Assembly (NCBI GenBank): GCA_033762115.1
Contig: JANRLX010000097.1
Location: forward strand, 1-19,650
Origin: Verrucomicrobiota bacterium
GTDB taxonomy: Bacteria > Verrucomicrobiota > Verrucomicrobiia > Limisphaerales > SXQI01
Direction: 5' to 3'
Length of the DNA: 19,650 nt
The translations under genes were made by a program, and so were the position numbers. Below, piece by piece: positions 1 to 8,714 of the stretch; positions within the stretch are counted from its first letter, which is position 1, and every line of letters starts with the position of its first letter. The notes beneath the pieces are model-generated. The model saw only the letters and a program-made list of their open reading frames with translations, was not told where the DNA came from and made no database searches.

Positions 1-188
1 ATTCCTTGACCTCGAAAGACAAATTCGCTTCTCTATTTATAAGCCCTTTTAACAACCGCTATGAATCTGCCCAAACTGATTCTTGCAGGTCTCTGGTCGT
101 GCGCATCCTCATACCCACATGGGAAAGCCGAATTCCGAAACCTCGCCGCTCCTTCTATTGCCAGTGCCCAAACCCACTCCTCCCACAC

Positions 189-956
189 ATGAAACGCCCC
201 TTCCTCTCCCAATGGAAAAACCTGGCTGGATTTGCTCGTGCTGATCTGGTTTGCGCTTTATTGTTCTGTTCACTGATTGGCTGCTTGACCTCTTCAGGCC
301 AAGCCCGTCGCACTGGTAAAAGCAACCTCGCCCTTTGCCAGAACAACGCCCGGCAACTCACCAAAGCCTGGCAAACCTACGCCAATGATCATGATGGCAG
401 GCTCGTGTTGAATCAGACTCTGCTCGGGCAAAGCTGGGTCGCCCCTGCCGAGGAAAGCGCCACGGACCTCAAATCCCTGGAGGAAGGATTGCTCTGGCCT
501 TATTTGAAGAACTCCCCGCAATCCTACCGCTGCCCAGCGGATCGAAACGGTTCACAAATCGAAGAGAAACCGCGCGTGCGCAGTTTTTCGATGAATATTC
601 TCATGGGTAATTCATCCTCTTCCACAGGAAATCCATGGGTGTATACCCGCAAAAGCCCTTATTCAAACCAATCGCAAATTCAAAAACCAGCGGAAGCATT
701 CGTCTTCATTGGCGAGCACCGAAACAGCATTGATGACGGCGGTTTTTGGGTTGACCCGGACAATGCCCATTGGATCGACCTCCCCGGCCCGCGCCATCTC
801 GGAAAGGAACCGGTCAGTTATGCCGATGGCAGCGTGGAATCCCGCCATTGGACCGATCCCGCAATTCTGTCCGGCTGCTGTAGCGACCCGTGTGGTAATC
901 AATCCCTGAATTCCCCCGATCTGGCATGGCTTCAAGCCCGCACCGGCGGCCTTTGA
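189..956 (+). CDS. Prepilin-like (type II secretion/type IV pilin N-terminal) protein with C-terminal H-X9-DG motif, DUF1559-like PVC family
   Basis: From ATG 189: basic leader MKRPFLSQWKNLA, then GF-ARADL and a hydrophobic stretch (degenerate GFTLIEL). Family-typical motifs follow: 'CQNNARQLTKAWQTYANDHDG', 'YRCPAD', 'RSFSMN', 'FVFIGEH..SIDDGGF' and H-LGKEPVSYA-DG (exact H-X9-DG). The track's upstream extension (6-188) does not look protein-like. Confidence 0.8.
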   Translation: MKRPFLSQWKNLAGFARADLVCALLFCSLIGCLTSSGQARRTGKSNLALCQNNARQLTKAWQTYANDHDGRLVLNQTLLGQSWVAPAEESATDLKSLEEGLLWPYLKNSPQSYRCPADRNGSQIEEKPRVRSFSMNILMGNSSSSTGNPWVYTRKSPYSNQSQIQKPAEAFVFIGEHRNSIDDGGFWVDPDNAHWIDLPGPRHLGKEPVSYADGSVESRHWTDPAILSGCCSDPCGNQSLNSPDLAWLQARTGGL

Positions 957-2378
957 TCAACTCAGCAGGCCTTTGACCACCTGCCCATGCACATCGGTCA
1001 GACGGAAGTCACGCCCCTGGAAACGAAACGTCAGCTTCTCATGGTCAAAGCCCAACAAGTGCAGCAGAGTGGCATTGAGATCGTGGACATGCACTCCATT
1101 TGAAACGACATTGAATCCCAAATCATCTGTTTCGCCGTAGCTTGTCCCGCCTTTGATTCCTCCACCGGCCAGCCAGATGCTAAACGAGCGATTGTGATGG
1201 TCCCGTCCATCATCTGTTCCCTGCGCCATTGGAGTACGCCCAAACTCTCCGCCCCAGACTACAATGGTGTCCTCCAGCAAGCCACGCTGTTTCAAATCCT
1301 TCACCAGCGCCGCGCTTGGCTGATCAGTCTCTTTGCAATTTTTGGTCAGCCCGTTTTTTAAGTCCCCATGCTGGTCCCATGCTTCATGGAACAACTGCAC
1401 AAACCGGACCCCCCGCTCAATCAGTCGCCGGGCCAGCAGGCAGTTCCGCGCAAACCCTGGCTTCTCCGGCTCAACACCGTACATTTCGAGCACAGTTTTG
1501 GGCTCACTTGATAAGTCCATCAGTTCCGGGGCGCTGGATTGCATCTTGTAAGCCATTTCATACGATTGAATCCGCGAAGCAATTTCGGGGTCTGCTACAT
1601 CGAGCAGAGAGGCTTCATTCAATTGACGCAATGCATCAAGCGACGCGCGTTGGGTTTCGTTATCAAACCCGCGAGGGTTGGACAAGAAAAGGACCGGGTC
1701 ACCGCTGGAACGAAACGGGACACCGGCATAGATCGTGGGCAGAAAACCGCTCCCCCAGTTGCTTGCACCCCCGCTGGTGCCACTCGCAGAACTGAGCACC
1801 ACGTAACCGGGCAGGTTTTCAGATTCGCTGCCCAACCCGTAAAGAGACCAGGCACCCAGGCTTGGCCGCCCGAACTGCTGCGAACCGGTATTCATCATGA
1901 TCTGCGCCGGAGCATGATTCACCGCATCAGTGTGCATCGAACGGACCAGGCAAATATCATCCACAATGCTGCCGATATGCGGGAGCAACTCGGAAATTTC
2001 CAATCCGCTCTTCCCGCGTTTCTCGAATTTGAATTTGGGTCCCAGTAAGGCAGAGTTTGGATTGATGAATGCCGCCCTGTAATCCTTAAGCAATTCAGCG
2101 GGAGGCAATTTACCATTCTGCCTTGTCAACTCAGGCTTGTGGTCGAAAAGATCCAGATGGCTTGGTGCTCCCGCCATCGAAAGGTAAATTACTCGCTTTG
2201 CCTTCGCGGCAAAATGCGGCTGTTTTGCCGCCAACGGGTTGGAGACGGCCCCAGCCTCGGCACGATTGAGTGCGCCAAGGGCAAACAAACCAAGTCCCAC
2301 GCCACATCGTTTCAGAAACCAGCGGCGCGAAAGAAGTTCTGGAGGAACATCATAACGAAAATGTGACTGGCAGTTCAT
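957..2378 (-). CDS. DUF1501 domain protein (alkaline-phosphatase/sulfatase-like, PVC-expanded), Tat-like signal
   Basis: SRRWFL twin-arginine motif plus hydrophobic segment. Motifs '[20 protein letters not shown]', 'NHAPAQ', '[17 protein letters not shown]', 'WDQH', 'WGGEFGRTP', 'GRDHH', '[14 protein letters not shown]' and 'FRLTDVHG' are characteristic of DUF1501. Confidence 0.92.
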   Translation of the reverse strand: MNCQSHFRYDVPPELLSRRWFLKRCGVGLGLFALGALNRAEAGAVSNPLAAKQPHFAAKAKRVIYLSMAGAPSHLDLFDHKPELTRQNGKLPPAELLKDYRAAFINPNSALLGPKFKFEKRGKSGLEISELLPHIGSIVDDICLVRSMHTDAVNHAPAQIMMNTGSQQFGRPSLGAWSLYGLGSESENLPGYVVLSSASGTSGGASNWGSGFLPTIYAGVPFRSSGDPVLFLSNPRGFDNETQRASLDALRQLNEASLLDVADPEIASRIQSYEMAYKMQSSAPELMDLSSEPKTVLEMYGVEPEKPGFARNCLLARRLIERGVRFVQLFHEAWDQHGDLKNGLTKNCKETDQPSAALVKDLKQRGLLEDTIVVWGGEFGRTPMAQGTDDGRDHHNRSFSIWLAGGGIKGGTSYGETDDLGFNVVSNGVHVHDLNATLLHLLGFDHEKLTFRFQGRDFRLTDVHGQVVKGLLS

Positions 2379-2405
2379 AAGTTCACGATTTGAAAAAAAT
2401 TCGTT

Positions 2406-5400
2406 TCATTGTTTGCTCATCGTTTCGTCCATGTTCAACAACACCCGCGAAAGAATGGTCCATGCGGCCACGTCCTGTGGAGTGGTCCCATCCGGCAGTG
2501 GAGGCAACCTGTTCTCGGCGAACGCAATCTCCAGCGCAGAAATCCATCCCTCTGCCAAACGGCGTCTCTGGGAATCCATCAACTGTTTCAAAGTCTTGAT
2601 CTCATGTTCTTTGGGCACCCTGCTGGTGCACAGCCGAAATGCATACTGTATCCGCTGTGTCTCATCCGGGCCGGACTCCTTCAAGGTCCGAAGCGCCAAA
2701 TGCCTGGCCGCTTCGACAAAAACCGGCTCATTCAACAAGGTCAATGCTGCCAGCGGTGTGTTTGACCGCACACGCCGCACGCAGGCGAAATCCCCGTTCG
2801 GCGCATCAAAGCTGGCCATTACAGGGTCCGGCATCGACCGCCTTCGAAACATGTAAAGTGACCTGCGATACCGTTCAGGGATGGGTGCCGGCGTCCAGTC
2901 AATCTTCACGAAATTCAACGCAAACAAACTTTCCGGCACTGGCGGATAAAAACTTGGGCCACCTATTTTTTCATGCAGCAATCCACTGGCAAAAAGGGCG
3001 GAGTCCCGCACCTGTTCGGAGTCCGCCCGGAAACGGGGTGCCCTCGTCAGCCAGCGGTTCCGCGGGTCGACTTCCAGGATTTCCCTCGAAACCCGGGAGG
3101 ACTGGCGATACACCGCGCTGCCCACGATGGTTCGAACCACATGCTTAAGAGACCATGATGGCGCGTTCCCATCTGCCGGTTTCATGAATTCCATCGCCAG
3201 CCAGTCCAGCAATTCAGGGTGCGTCGGGAGTGGAGCGCGAACGCCGAAATCCTCCGGCGTTTCCAGCAAGCCTTGACCGAAAATACTTTGCCAAATGCGA
3301 TTTACTGTCACCCGTGCGGTGGTGGGTGATTCCGGGTCAACAAGCCATTGTGCGAAACCAAGACGATTTCGGGGTGTTTCCCCTCGCATGGGGTGCAGAA
3401 AAGCCGGAACTCCAGGCATGATCTTATTCTTTGGCGTCTGCCAATTGCCTCGGTCTAATAAAAATGTGTCCCGTTGGTACTGCCCCTCCCTTTCCACCAG
3501 ATTCAGGACCTGCCCTCCCTCAGGATATTCCTTCCAAAGCGATTCAATGCGGTCATTCCACTCTTTGAACTCAGGCACCTCATTACGCCAGAAGTTAAAA
3601 ATCCTCCTTTCCTCTTCCTCGGTGCGGTCAGCTTTTGCGACTTTCAATGCTTCGCGGACTGTGCGTGGTATCGTGTCCTTGGCAGGGTCAGGGTCGGTGG
3701 TATAGGCCAGGCGGAACCGTCCCAAGAACATGTTTTCGCGCCCGTGAGCGTCGCTCCCACCATGCCTGAATTTAAGCCAGACTTTGAGAAATGTTCCTTC
3801 CACCGATGCCCAACCGTTGGTCGCAAATTGCATAACCACCTGGGAATCAACATGTCTTCGGAAAGGTCCCAGGTCCGGTGACCATCCCGTGTCATCATTA
3901 CCATCAATGAGGAACCGGGCTGGGCCCATGGTCCGCTTGTCCTCTTTTTTACGGAACTTTTCGGGGACTTGCCTTTCAGCGGTTTCGATATCAGCCACCG
4001 CATTCGTCAGCGGCACCTTGACAAGGCCCGACTTGATCTGGAAAGCCTGGTTTGTATTGGCACCCACCACGCTGATCGGTGCCGCCTCAACGTACAGTTC
4101 ACTGACTGCGAAAGTGCCATTATAGCTCCTGCCGGGGCCTCTAAACGGCAAGTCACCATGGGTCATTGCTTCCAGGCGCAAGGCGGTAATATTGGTCCGC
4201 TGGGTCATCCCCGTGACAAATAATTCCCCTGTGGTGGGCCGGAACCCGAGCGTTAAAATCGATTGGTCCTTCGATTTTTCCGGGTGCGCCAATCCGCCAA
4301 TCCATTCCTGTTCGATTGCGTCGAGTATCTCCCATCTCACCTCCCGCGCTCCCACCTCCTGCTCCCACGCTTCGAGTCTGGCACCCCAATCCGGCCACCG
4401 CTTCTTCAGGTCCGCCTCAGTTGCGGCGATCTCTTTTTCAATCCGCTGAATCGATGCCCGCTGTTCCTGGGTATGAATCCAACTGGTCGCTTCGTAGCTG
4501 TTATTAAGGAATGCAAACAGCCCGAAATATTCCTCATGTGTCAGTGGATCGAATTTATGGGAATGACATTGCGCACATTGGAGGGTCAGGCCCAGGATGC
4601 TTTTCCCAACCACATCCATCCGGTCGAACATTCCTTCAAGCCGGAATTGTTCATTGATGATCGCCCCTTCTTCGTTGACCATTCCATTGCGGAAAAAGCC
4701 TGTCGCAATCTTTTGCTCCTGCGTGGAACCGGGAAGCAGGTCTCCCGCCACCTGTTCGATGATGAACTGATCAAAAGGCTGGTCTTCATTCAGACGTTGA
4801 ATCACCCAGTCCCTCCACGCCCATTGCTCCCGTGGCAGGTCTTTCTCATATCCATCGCTGTCTGCATATCGTGCGGCGTCAAGCCACCAGCGGGCCCATT
4901 TCTCCCCAAAAGCCGGGGAACTGAGCAGGGTCTCAATGGTTTCCCTCCAAACCCGTTCCGGATCCTTCGGGTATTCGACAATAAACTGGTCCAACGCCTT
5001 CAGGGAAGGTGGGACGCCTGCGATGTCCAGGGACAAACGTCGCAACAACTGTTCCGGCGTTGCCTCGGGCGACAACGACAGACCTCTCTGTTTCATCGCA
5101 TGGACCACGAACGCATCCACCGGAGATGCTGCACCACGTGAAACCTCCTCCTGCGGCACCGCCGGGCGGGTCGGTTTCTGGAATGCCCAGTGCCCTTCAT
5201 ATTTGGCCCCGCTCTCAATCCATTTTCGCAACGTCTCGATTTGTTTTGGGGAAAGTGGGTTTTTGGCTTCCGGGGGCGGCATCAAATCATCGCCATCCTG
5301 CGTGGTAATCCGCACCATCAACTCGCTTTTCCCAGCATCACCGGGGGCAATTCCCGGTTTACCACTTTTCCCTCCAGCAATCGCTGCCTCACGGTCGTCC

Positions 5401-5609
5401 AGGCGCAATTTCCCTTTCCGGCTTTTTTCGTCCTGACCGTGACAATTGAAACAATGTTCTGCCAGGATCGGGCGGATCTCACGATTAAAAGAAATTTCCT
5501 CCGAATAAACTTCCAAACAGGAATACAGTGCCAGTGATACGGCAAACGTGCAGCGCAGTATCAGCGGGAACAAACGCCTCAAGAGGATCGCTCGCATAGA
5601 TGAATTCAT
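2406..5609 (-). CDS. Planctomycete cytochrome c / PSD1 protein (PSCyt1 + DUF1549/PSCyt2 + DUF1553/PSD1), exported
   Basis: Signal-like N-terminus. 'FNREIRPILAEHCFNCHG' (CxxCH 1), 'MPP', 'HWAF', 'WLDAARYADSDG', 'LQCAQCHSHKFDP' (CxxCH 2), 'PTHPELLDWLA', 'YRRSLY', 'SNTPLAAL'. It lies directly upstream of DUF1501, the usual partner. The start could also be the second Met (5597). Confidence 0.92.
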   Translation of the reverse strand: MNSSMRAILLRRLFPLILRCTFAVSLALYSCLEVYSEEISFNREIRPILAEHCFNCHGQDEKSRKGKLRLDDREAAIAGGKSGKPGIAPGDAGKSELMVRITTQDGDDLMPPPEAKNPLSPKQIETLRKWIESGAKYEGHWAFQKPTRPAVPQEEVSRGAASPVDAFVVHAMKQRGLSLSPEATPEQLLRRLSLDIAGVPPSLKALDQFIVEYPKDPERVWRETIETLLSSPAFGEKWARWWLDAARYADSDGYEKDLPREQWAWRDWVIQRLNEDQPFDQFIIEQVAGDLLPGSTQEQKIATGFFRNGMVNEEGAIINEQFRLEGMFDRMDVVGKSILGLTLQCAQCHSHKFDPLTHEEYFGLFAFLNNSYEATSWIHTQEQRASIQRIEKEIAATEADLKKRWPDWGARLEAWEQEVGAREVRWEILDAIEQEWIGGLAHPEKSKDQSILTLGFRPTTGELFVTGMTQRTNITALRLEAMTHGDLPFRGPGRSYNGTFAVSELYVEAAPISVVGANTNQAFQIKSGLVKVPLTNAVADIETAERQVPEKFRKKEDKRTMGPARFLIDGNDDTGWSPDLGPFRRHVDSQVVMQFATNGWASVEGTFLKVWLKFRHGGSDAHGRENMFLGRFRLAYTTDPDPAKDTIPRTVREALKVAKADRTEEEERRIFNFWRNEVPEFKEWNDRIESLWKEYPEGGQVLNLVEREGQYQRDTFLLDRGNWQTPKNKIMPGVPAFLHPMRGETPRNRLGFAQWLVDPESPTTARVTVNRIWQSIFGQGLLETPEDFGVRAPLPTHPELLDWLAMEFMKPADGNAPSWSLKHVVRTIVGSAVYRQSSRVSREILEVDPRNRWLTRAPRFRADSEQVRDSALFASGLLHEKIGGPSFYPPVPESLFALNFVKIDWTPAPIPERYRRSLYMFRRRSMPDPVMASFDAPNGDFACVRRVRSNTPLAALTLLNEPVFVEAARHLALRTLKESGPDETQRIQYAFRLCTSRVPKEHEIKTLKQLMDSQRRRLAEGWISALEIAFAENRLPPLPDGTTPQDVAAWTILSRVLLNMDETMSKQ

Positions 5610-5790
5610 GAATCCTGCCAGACTTCTTTTTGATCAGGCGAACATTTTTTACATTTAATTTCGGGCACGGCTCCTTCGTCCCCTGCAGCACCCATTTGTT
5701 GCAGAGCGACCAGAGAATTGCCCGCACGACAGTGCTGGAGAAGATTTTCTGGGCCAATCAACACGCTGTTCTGATGGTCTCTTTTGAAAT

Positions 5791-5817
5791 GGCCTTGGCA
5801 TACCCGGTGCCAAGGCC
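5791..5817. promoter_or_regulatory. Perfect 10-bp inverted repeat forming a GG-N10-GC (sigma54-like) motif on both strands
   Basis: GGCCTTGGCA-TACCCGG-TGCCAAGGCC. The + strand reads TTGGCATACCCGGTGC and the - strand reads TTGGCACCGGGTATGC. Both have GG-N10-GC spacing and a good -24 element, but the -12 element deviates from TTGCW. Confidence 0.5.
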
Positions 5818-5823
5818 GAACCC

Positions 5824-5946
5824 ATGAAGAAATCAGAAATGATCGAAACAATCTTCACCATGGACATCGAGAAAATAGCAGACCCGAAAAGGGACCGGGT
5901 TAAAGTGACGATGAATGGCAAATTCCTCGCCTACAAAAAATGGTAA
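5824..5946 (+). CDS. Putative 40-aa small protein ([40 protein letters not shown])
   Basis: Translated by hand: ATG 5824 to TAA 5944-5946, with an in-frame TGA upstream at 5785. It fills otherwise empty intergenic space without overlapping a real gene and starts right after the sigma54-like site. No SD; no family recognised. Confidence 0.45.
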   Translation: MKKSEMIETIFTMDIEKIADPKRDRVKVTMNGKFLAYKKW

Positions 5947-5967
5947 CACTTGCTTTGAGGCACTCCC

Positions 5968-6597
5968 TCACTCGAAGTTTCGTTTCGAAGGTGCCGCTTT
6001 GATGAAATTGGTTTCTCGAAGATAAATGGGCTCGAGCAGGTTGGCTGCACCGGATGGCAGTGCCACCCCTAGGACCTGGTTGAGATGCGCTGCATCAGGG
6101 ACGATGGTCGTTCCCATCACGTTCCATTTGGTTGCTTCAGGGCCGATCAATTTTGCATCCGTTGAAAGTGCATTGGCAGGCATGATGGCGAGTTCACCGA
6201 GGGCACGAAATCCGGATTCCGCAAATTCATAGTCCGCTTTGTAAACATCCCCCCGTTGCGCATCGATGACGACCGTTGCCACGTTGCGAACACCGCCGTG
6301 CCAGGCCTGAAAAGCAATCAACTCTGCCGAGGAAACTCCCTCCACGGGAATGTTTCGCCCGAGCTGCCACCCTTGAGCCAGGGCCAGGCTTGAACGAATG
6401 CCGGTATAGGAACCGGGCCCGAGCCCAACGATGATTGAATTGATTTTTGTAACCGGCAGCTCAGCCTGCTGGAAAAGCCTTTCCAAAAGCAACACAGGCG
6501 CGGAATGATCTGACGCTTCAACCCTCGCAATCACCACGTTCCCGTCGAGCAATGCCGCACTCCGAATCGCTGAGGAAAATTCAAGTCCCAAAATCAT
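5968..6597 (-). CDS. tsaB: tRNA threonylcarbamoyladenosine (t6A) biosynthesis protein TsaB
   Basis: 'MILGLEFSS', 'HS', 'IIVGLGPGSYTGIR', 'VIDAQRGDVY' and 'LEPIYLR'. Directly downstream of tsaE (17-nt overlap). Confidence 0.92.
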   Translation of the reverse strand: MILGLEFSSAIRSAALLDGNVVIARVEASDHSAPVLLLERLFQQAELPVTKINSIIVGLGPGSYTGIRSSLALAQGWQLGRNIPVEGVSSAELIAFQAWHGGVRNVATVVIDAQRGDVYKADYEFAESGFRALGELAIMPANALSTDAKLIGPEATKWNVMGTTIVPDAAHLNQVLGVALPSGAANLLEPIYLRETNFIKAAPSKRNFE

Positions 6598-7009
6598 GCT
6601 CGATCCTTCGTTCAGTTTCGGACAGGACAGAAAAGCAAACCCACTTCATTGAAATATCAAAATTGATCAACTTGAGACGTTCCGGCCACTCAATCAACGT
6701 CACTCCCTGAGGCGCAACAAGATACTCTTCAATCCCCGCGCTCAGCACCTGCGGGGCTGTCTCCAACCGGTATAAATCGAGATGGAAAAGCGGCCATCGT
6801 CCCGTGCGGTATTCATTAAGAATGGCAAACGTGGGGGAATGGACTTTTCCGGTGAATCCCAGGGCCCGGGCAACCCCTTTGACGAATTGTGTTTTGCCAC
6901 TTCCCAAATCTCCCGAAAGAGCGATCACCTCTCCTTTGGAAAGTTGTCCCGCAACCAGGGCTCCAAATGCCATCGTTTCCTCGGGACTATGAGAAATGAG
7001 TGTAACCAT
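6581..7009 (-). CDS. tsaE: tRNA t6A biosynthesis ATPase TsaE
   Basis: 'SPEET', Walker A 'GDLGSGKT', 'VHSPTF', 'HLDLYRL', 'LIEWPE'. ATG 7009 (MVTLISHS) is preferred over the track start at 7042 on typical N-terminal length. Confidence 0.93.
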   Translation of the reverse strand: MVTLISHSPEETMAFGALVAGQLSKGEVIALSGDLGSGKTQFVKGVARALGFTGKVHSPTFAILNEYRTGRWPLFHLDLYRLETAPQVLSAGIEEYLVAPQGVTLIEWPERLKLINFDISMKWVCFSVLSETERRIEHDFGT

Positions 7010-7919
7010 GCTCAGGCGCGGAACGGGTTCCATTGCTGTCACGCAGGCGAAGCCCCTGCTCTTTCACGATCTTTCCTATGCAACTCAATTTGACCGCAGG
7101 AAACCTTCCTTTCCATTCATCCAGCAAAGGGACCGCGAACCGTGAAGGCAGGGTAAACAACAGTTCGAAATCCTCGCCATCTGTTAATGCCGCGAGCAGC
7201 GGTGGTTTGGCCGAGCTGTCCGTTTTGGCTGACAGTTTGGCAGCCCGGCTGATCGGGATGGCGTTGCTGAGCAGTTCCCCACCCACATTCGATTGTCGCA
7301 GGATATGTCGCAGGTCCCCCGCCAGCCCATCGCTCAGGTCAATCATGGCGCTCAACGGGAAATGATTGACCAACCATTTTGCTTCCTCGATTCGTGGATC
7401 AAAAGTCAGATGCCTTCCATGAATTGACCCGCCCAGTTCGCCAGTGACAAAAATGGCATCTCCGACATTGGCCCCTGCCCTGGTCACACATCGGGCCCGA
7501 TCAATTGCCCCTACCAAAGCCACGGAAACCATAATCGGCCCCGTGGTGCAGGTGGTCTCCCCCCCGGTTATAGACACCCCGTAACGCCGGGCTGTTTCTG
7601 AAATCCCCTCATAAAGTTTGAACACCCAGTCGGCATCAAAATCTTTTCCTACTGCCAGCGTGATCAGTGCGCTTTTTGGAGAACCGGCCATCGCAGCAAT
7701 ATCGCTCAGGCAACGTGCCAACGCTTTATGCCCCACCTGTCGGGGATCAGCCTCTTTAGTGAAATGCACTCCCTCAACCACTGCATCCGTTTTGAACAAC
7801 AACGAATTTTCCCACCCTGCCAGGTCCAGGAGGGCACAATCATCCCCGGCCGGAATGATCACTTCCCCATTTCGTGGCAATCCGGGCAAAATAGTTGCAA
7901 GCAGGTCAAATTCTTTCAT
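6987..7919 (-). CDS. thiL: Thiamine-monophosphate kinase
   Basis: 'MKEFDLL', 'GDDCA', 'KTDAVVEGVHF', 'LSDIAAMAG', 'GGET', 'MIDLSDGL', 'GEDFELLFT' and C-terminal 'GYTHF'. Confidence 0.95.
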   Translation of the reverse strand: MKEFDLLATILPGLPRNGEVIIPAGDDCALLDLAGWENSLLFKTDAVVEGVHFTKEADPRQVGHKALARCLSDIAAMAGSPKSALITLAVGKDFDADWVFKLYEGISETARRYGVSITGGETTCTTGPIMVSVALVGAIDRARCVTRAGANVGDAIFVTGELGGSIHGRHLTFDPRIEEAKWLVNHFPLSAMIDLSDGLAGDLRHILRQSNVGGELLSNAIPISRAAKLSAKTDSSAKPPLLAALTDGEDFELLFTLPSRFAVPLLDEWKGRFPAVKLSCIGKIVKEQGLRLRDSNGTRSAPEHGYTHFS

Positions 7920-8638
7920 GAAGACTGCGGCAGCGAGATCACAAGGAAAAAGTTCAACGCATTAAAAAAGGAGTGTGTCAAAATCGGCGTCAGCAGGTTG
8001 CCGGTGCTTTCGTAAAGAAGCGTCAAAACCAGGGCAAAAAGAGTCAACGGGAGGAAGGTGGGTAAATGTCCATGAATCAGCGCAAAAAAGAGGGAAGTCC
8101 CCCAAAGCGCCAGTTTGGGATGTCCCTGAAACTTGATGCAGGGATAAAAAATTCCGCGAAACAGCACTTCCTCCACTATCGGCGCAAAAACAATGCTCAA
8201 AATAGCATGGTAAATGCGGTCCACCAGCGTGACCGTTTGTTGCAAATGCTGGATCGCCGGTTGCGGGACAGGCTGGTTATTAAAACTTTCCAGCACCATC
8301 CAGCAAATTTTCTGCAATCCAAGCGCCAGCGGCACAAGCAATGAAGTCACGAACAACGCCAGGAGAATGGTCCGGCTGATTTTGCCCTCACCGAAACCGA
8401 AAGCCTCCCTCCATGTGATTCCCTGCCACCTTAAAAAAACATTCACCTGCAACAGGATCAGCAGGTTGATGCTGAACATCCCGATGAAACGAATGAAAAT
8501 ATTGTTTTCGAACTGGTCCGGCTTCAGGACCGCCGAGTTGTAACCCATCACAATCACCGTGCCGATCAGGATGCTGGCGGCCACTCCCAAAAGCAGCCAG
8601 GCCACCAACTCCACTCTCCACGGTTTTCCCGCAACCAT
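7916..8638 (-). CDS. CPBP (Abi/CAAX, Rce1-like) intramembrane glutamic endopeptidase
   Basis: Multiple TM segments with motif 1 'APIVEEVLFRG' (EExxxR), motif 2 'FALIH' and motif 3 'HSFFN'. ATGA overlap with thiL. Confidence 0.9.
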   Translation of the reverse strand: MVAGKPWRVELVAWLLLGVAASILIGTVIVMGYNSAVLKPDQFENNIFIRFIGMFSINLLILLQVNVFLRWQGITWREAFGFGEGKISRTILLALFVTSLLVPLALGLQKICWMVLESFNNQPVPQPAIQHLQQTVTLVDRIYHAILSIVFAPIVEEVLFRGIFYPCIKFQGHPKLALWGTSLFFALIHGHLPTFLPLTLFALVLTLLYESTGNLLTPILTHSFFNALNFFLVISLPQSS

Positions 8639-8714
8639 GCCAAAAACCTACAACAAAGCGCTTCATGATGCCTATGCAAAATCTTTGTGAACCCTCATGT
8701 CAGGAGAAACTCTG

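Noticed and set aside
6..188. N-terminal extension of the first ORF from TTG at 6
   Set aside because: It would put the prepilin motif about 75 residues from the start. The sequence is not protein-like, and ATG 189 gives a normal short leader.
4263..5141. 292-aa + strand ORF and other + strand ORFs within 957-5609
   Set aside because: Antisense to the strongly supported PSCyt and DUF1501 genes; typical shadow frames.
5606..5921. 81-, 88- and 65-aa track ORFs in the intergenic gap, including a CKKC in 5606-5851
   Set aside because: No family motifs or start context, mutually overlapping, and they run across the putative regulatory elements. Not fully excluded.
5956..5970. TGAGG-CACTC-CCTCA hairpin at the tsaB 3' end
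   Set aside because: Only a 5-bp stem and no U-tract on either strand; too weak to call a terminator.
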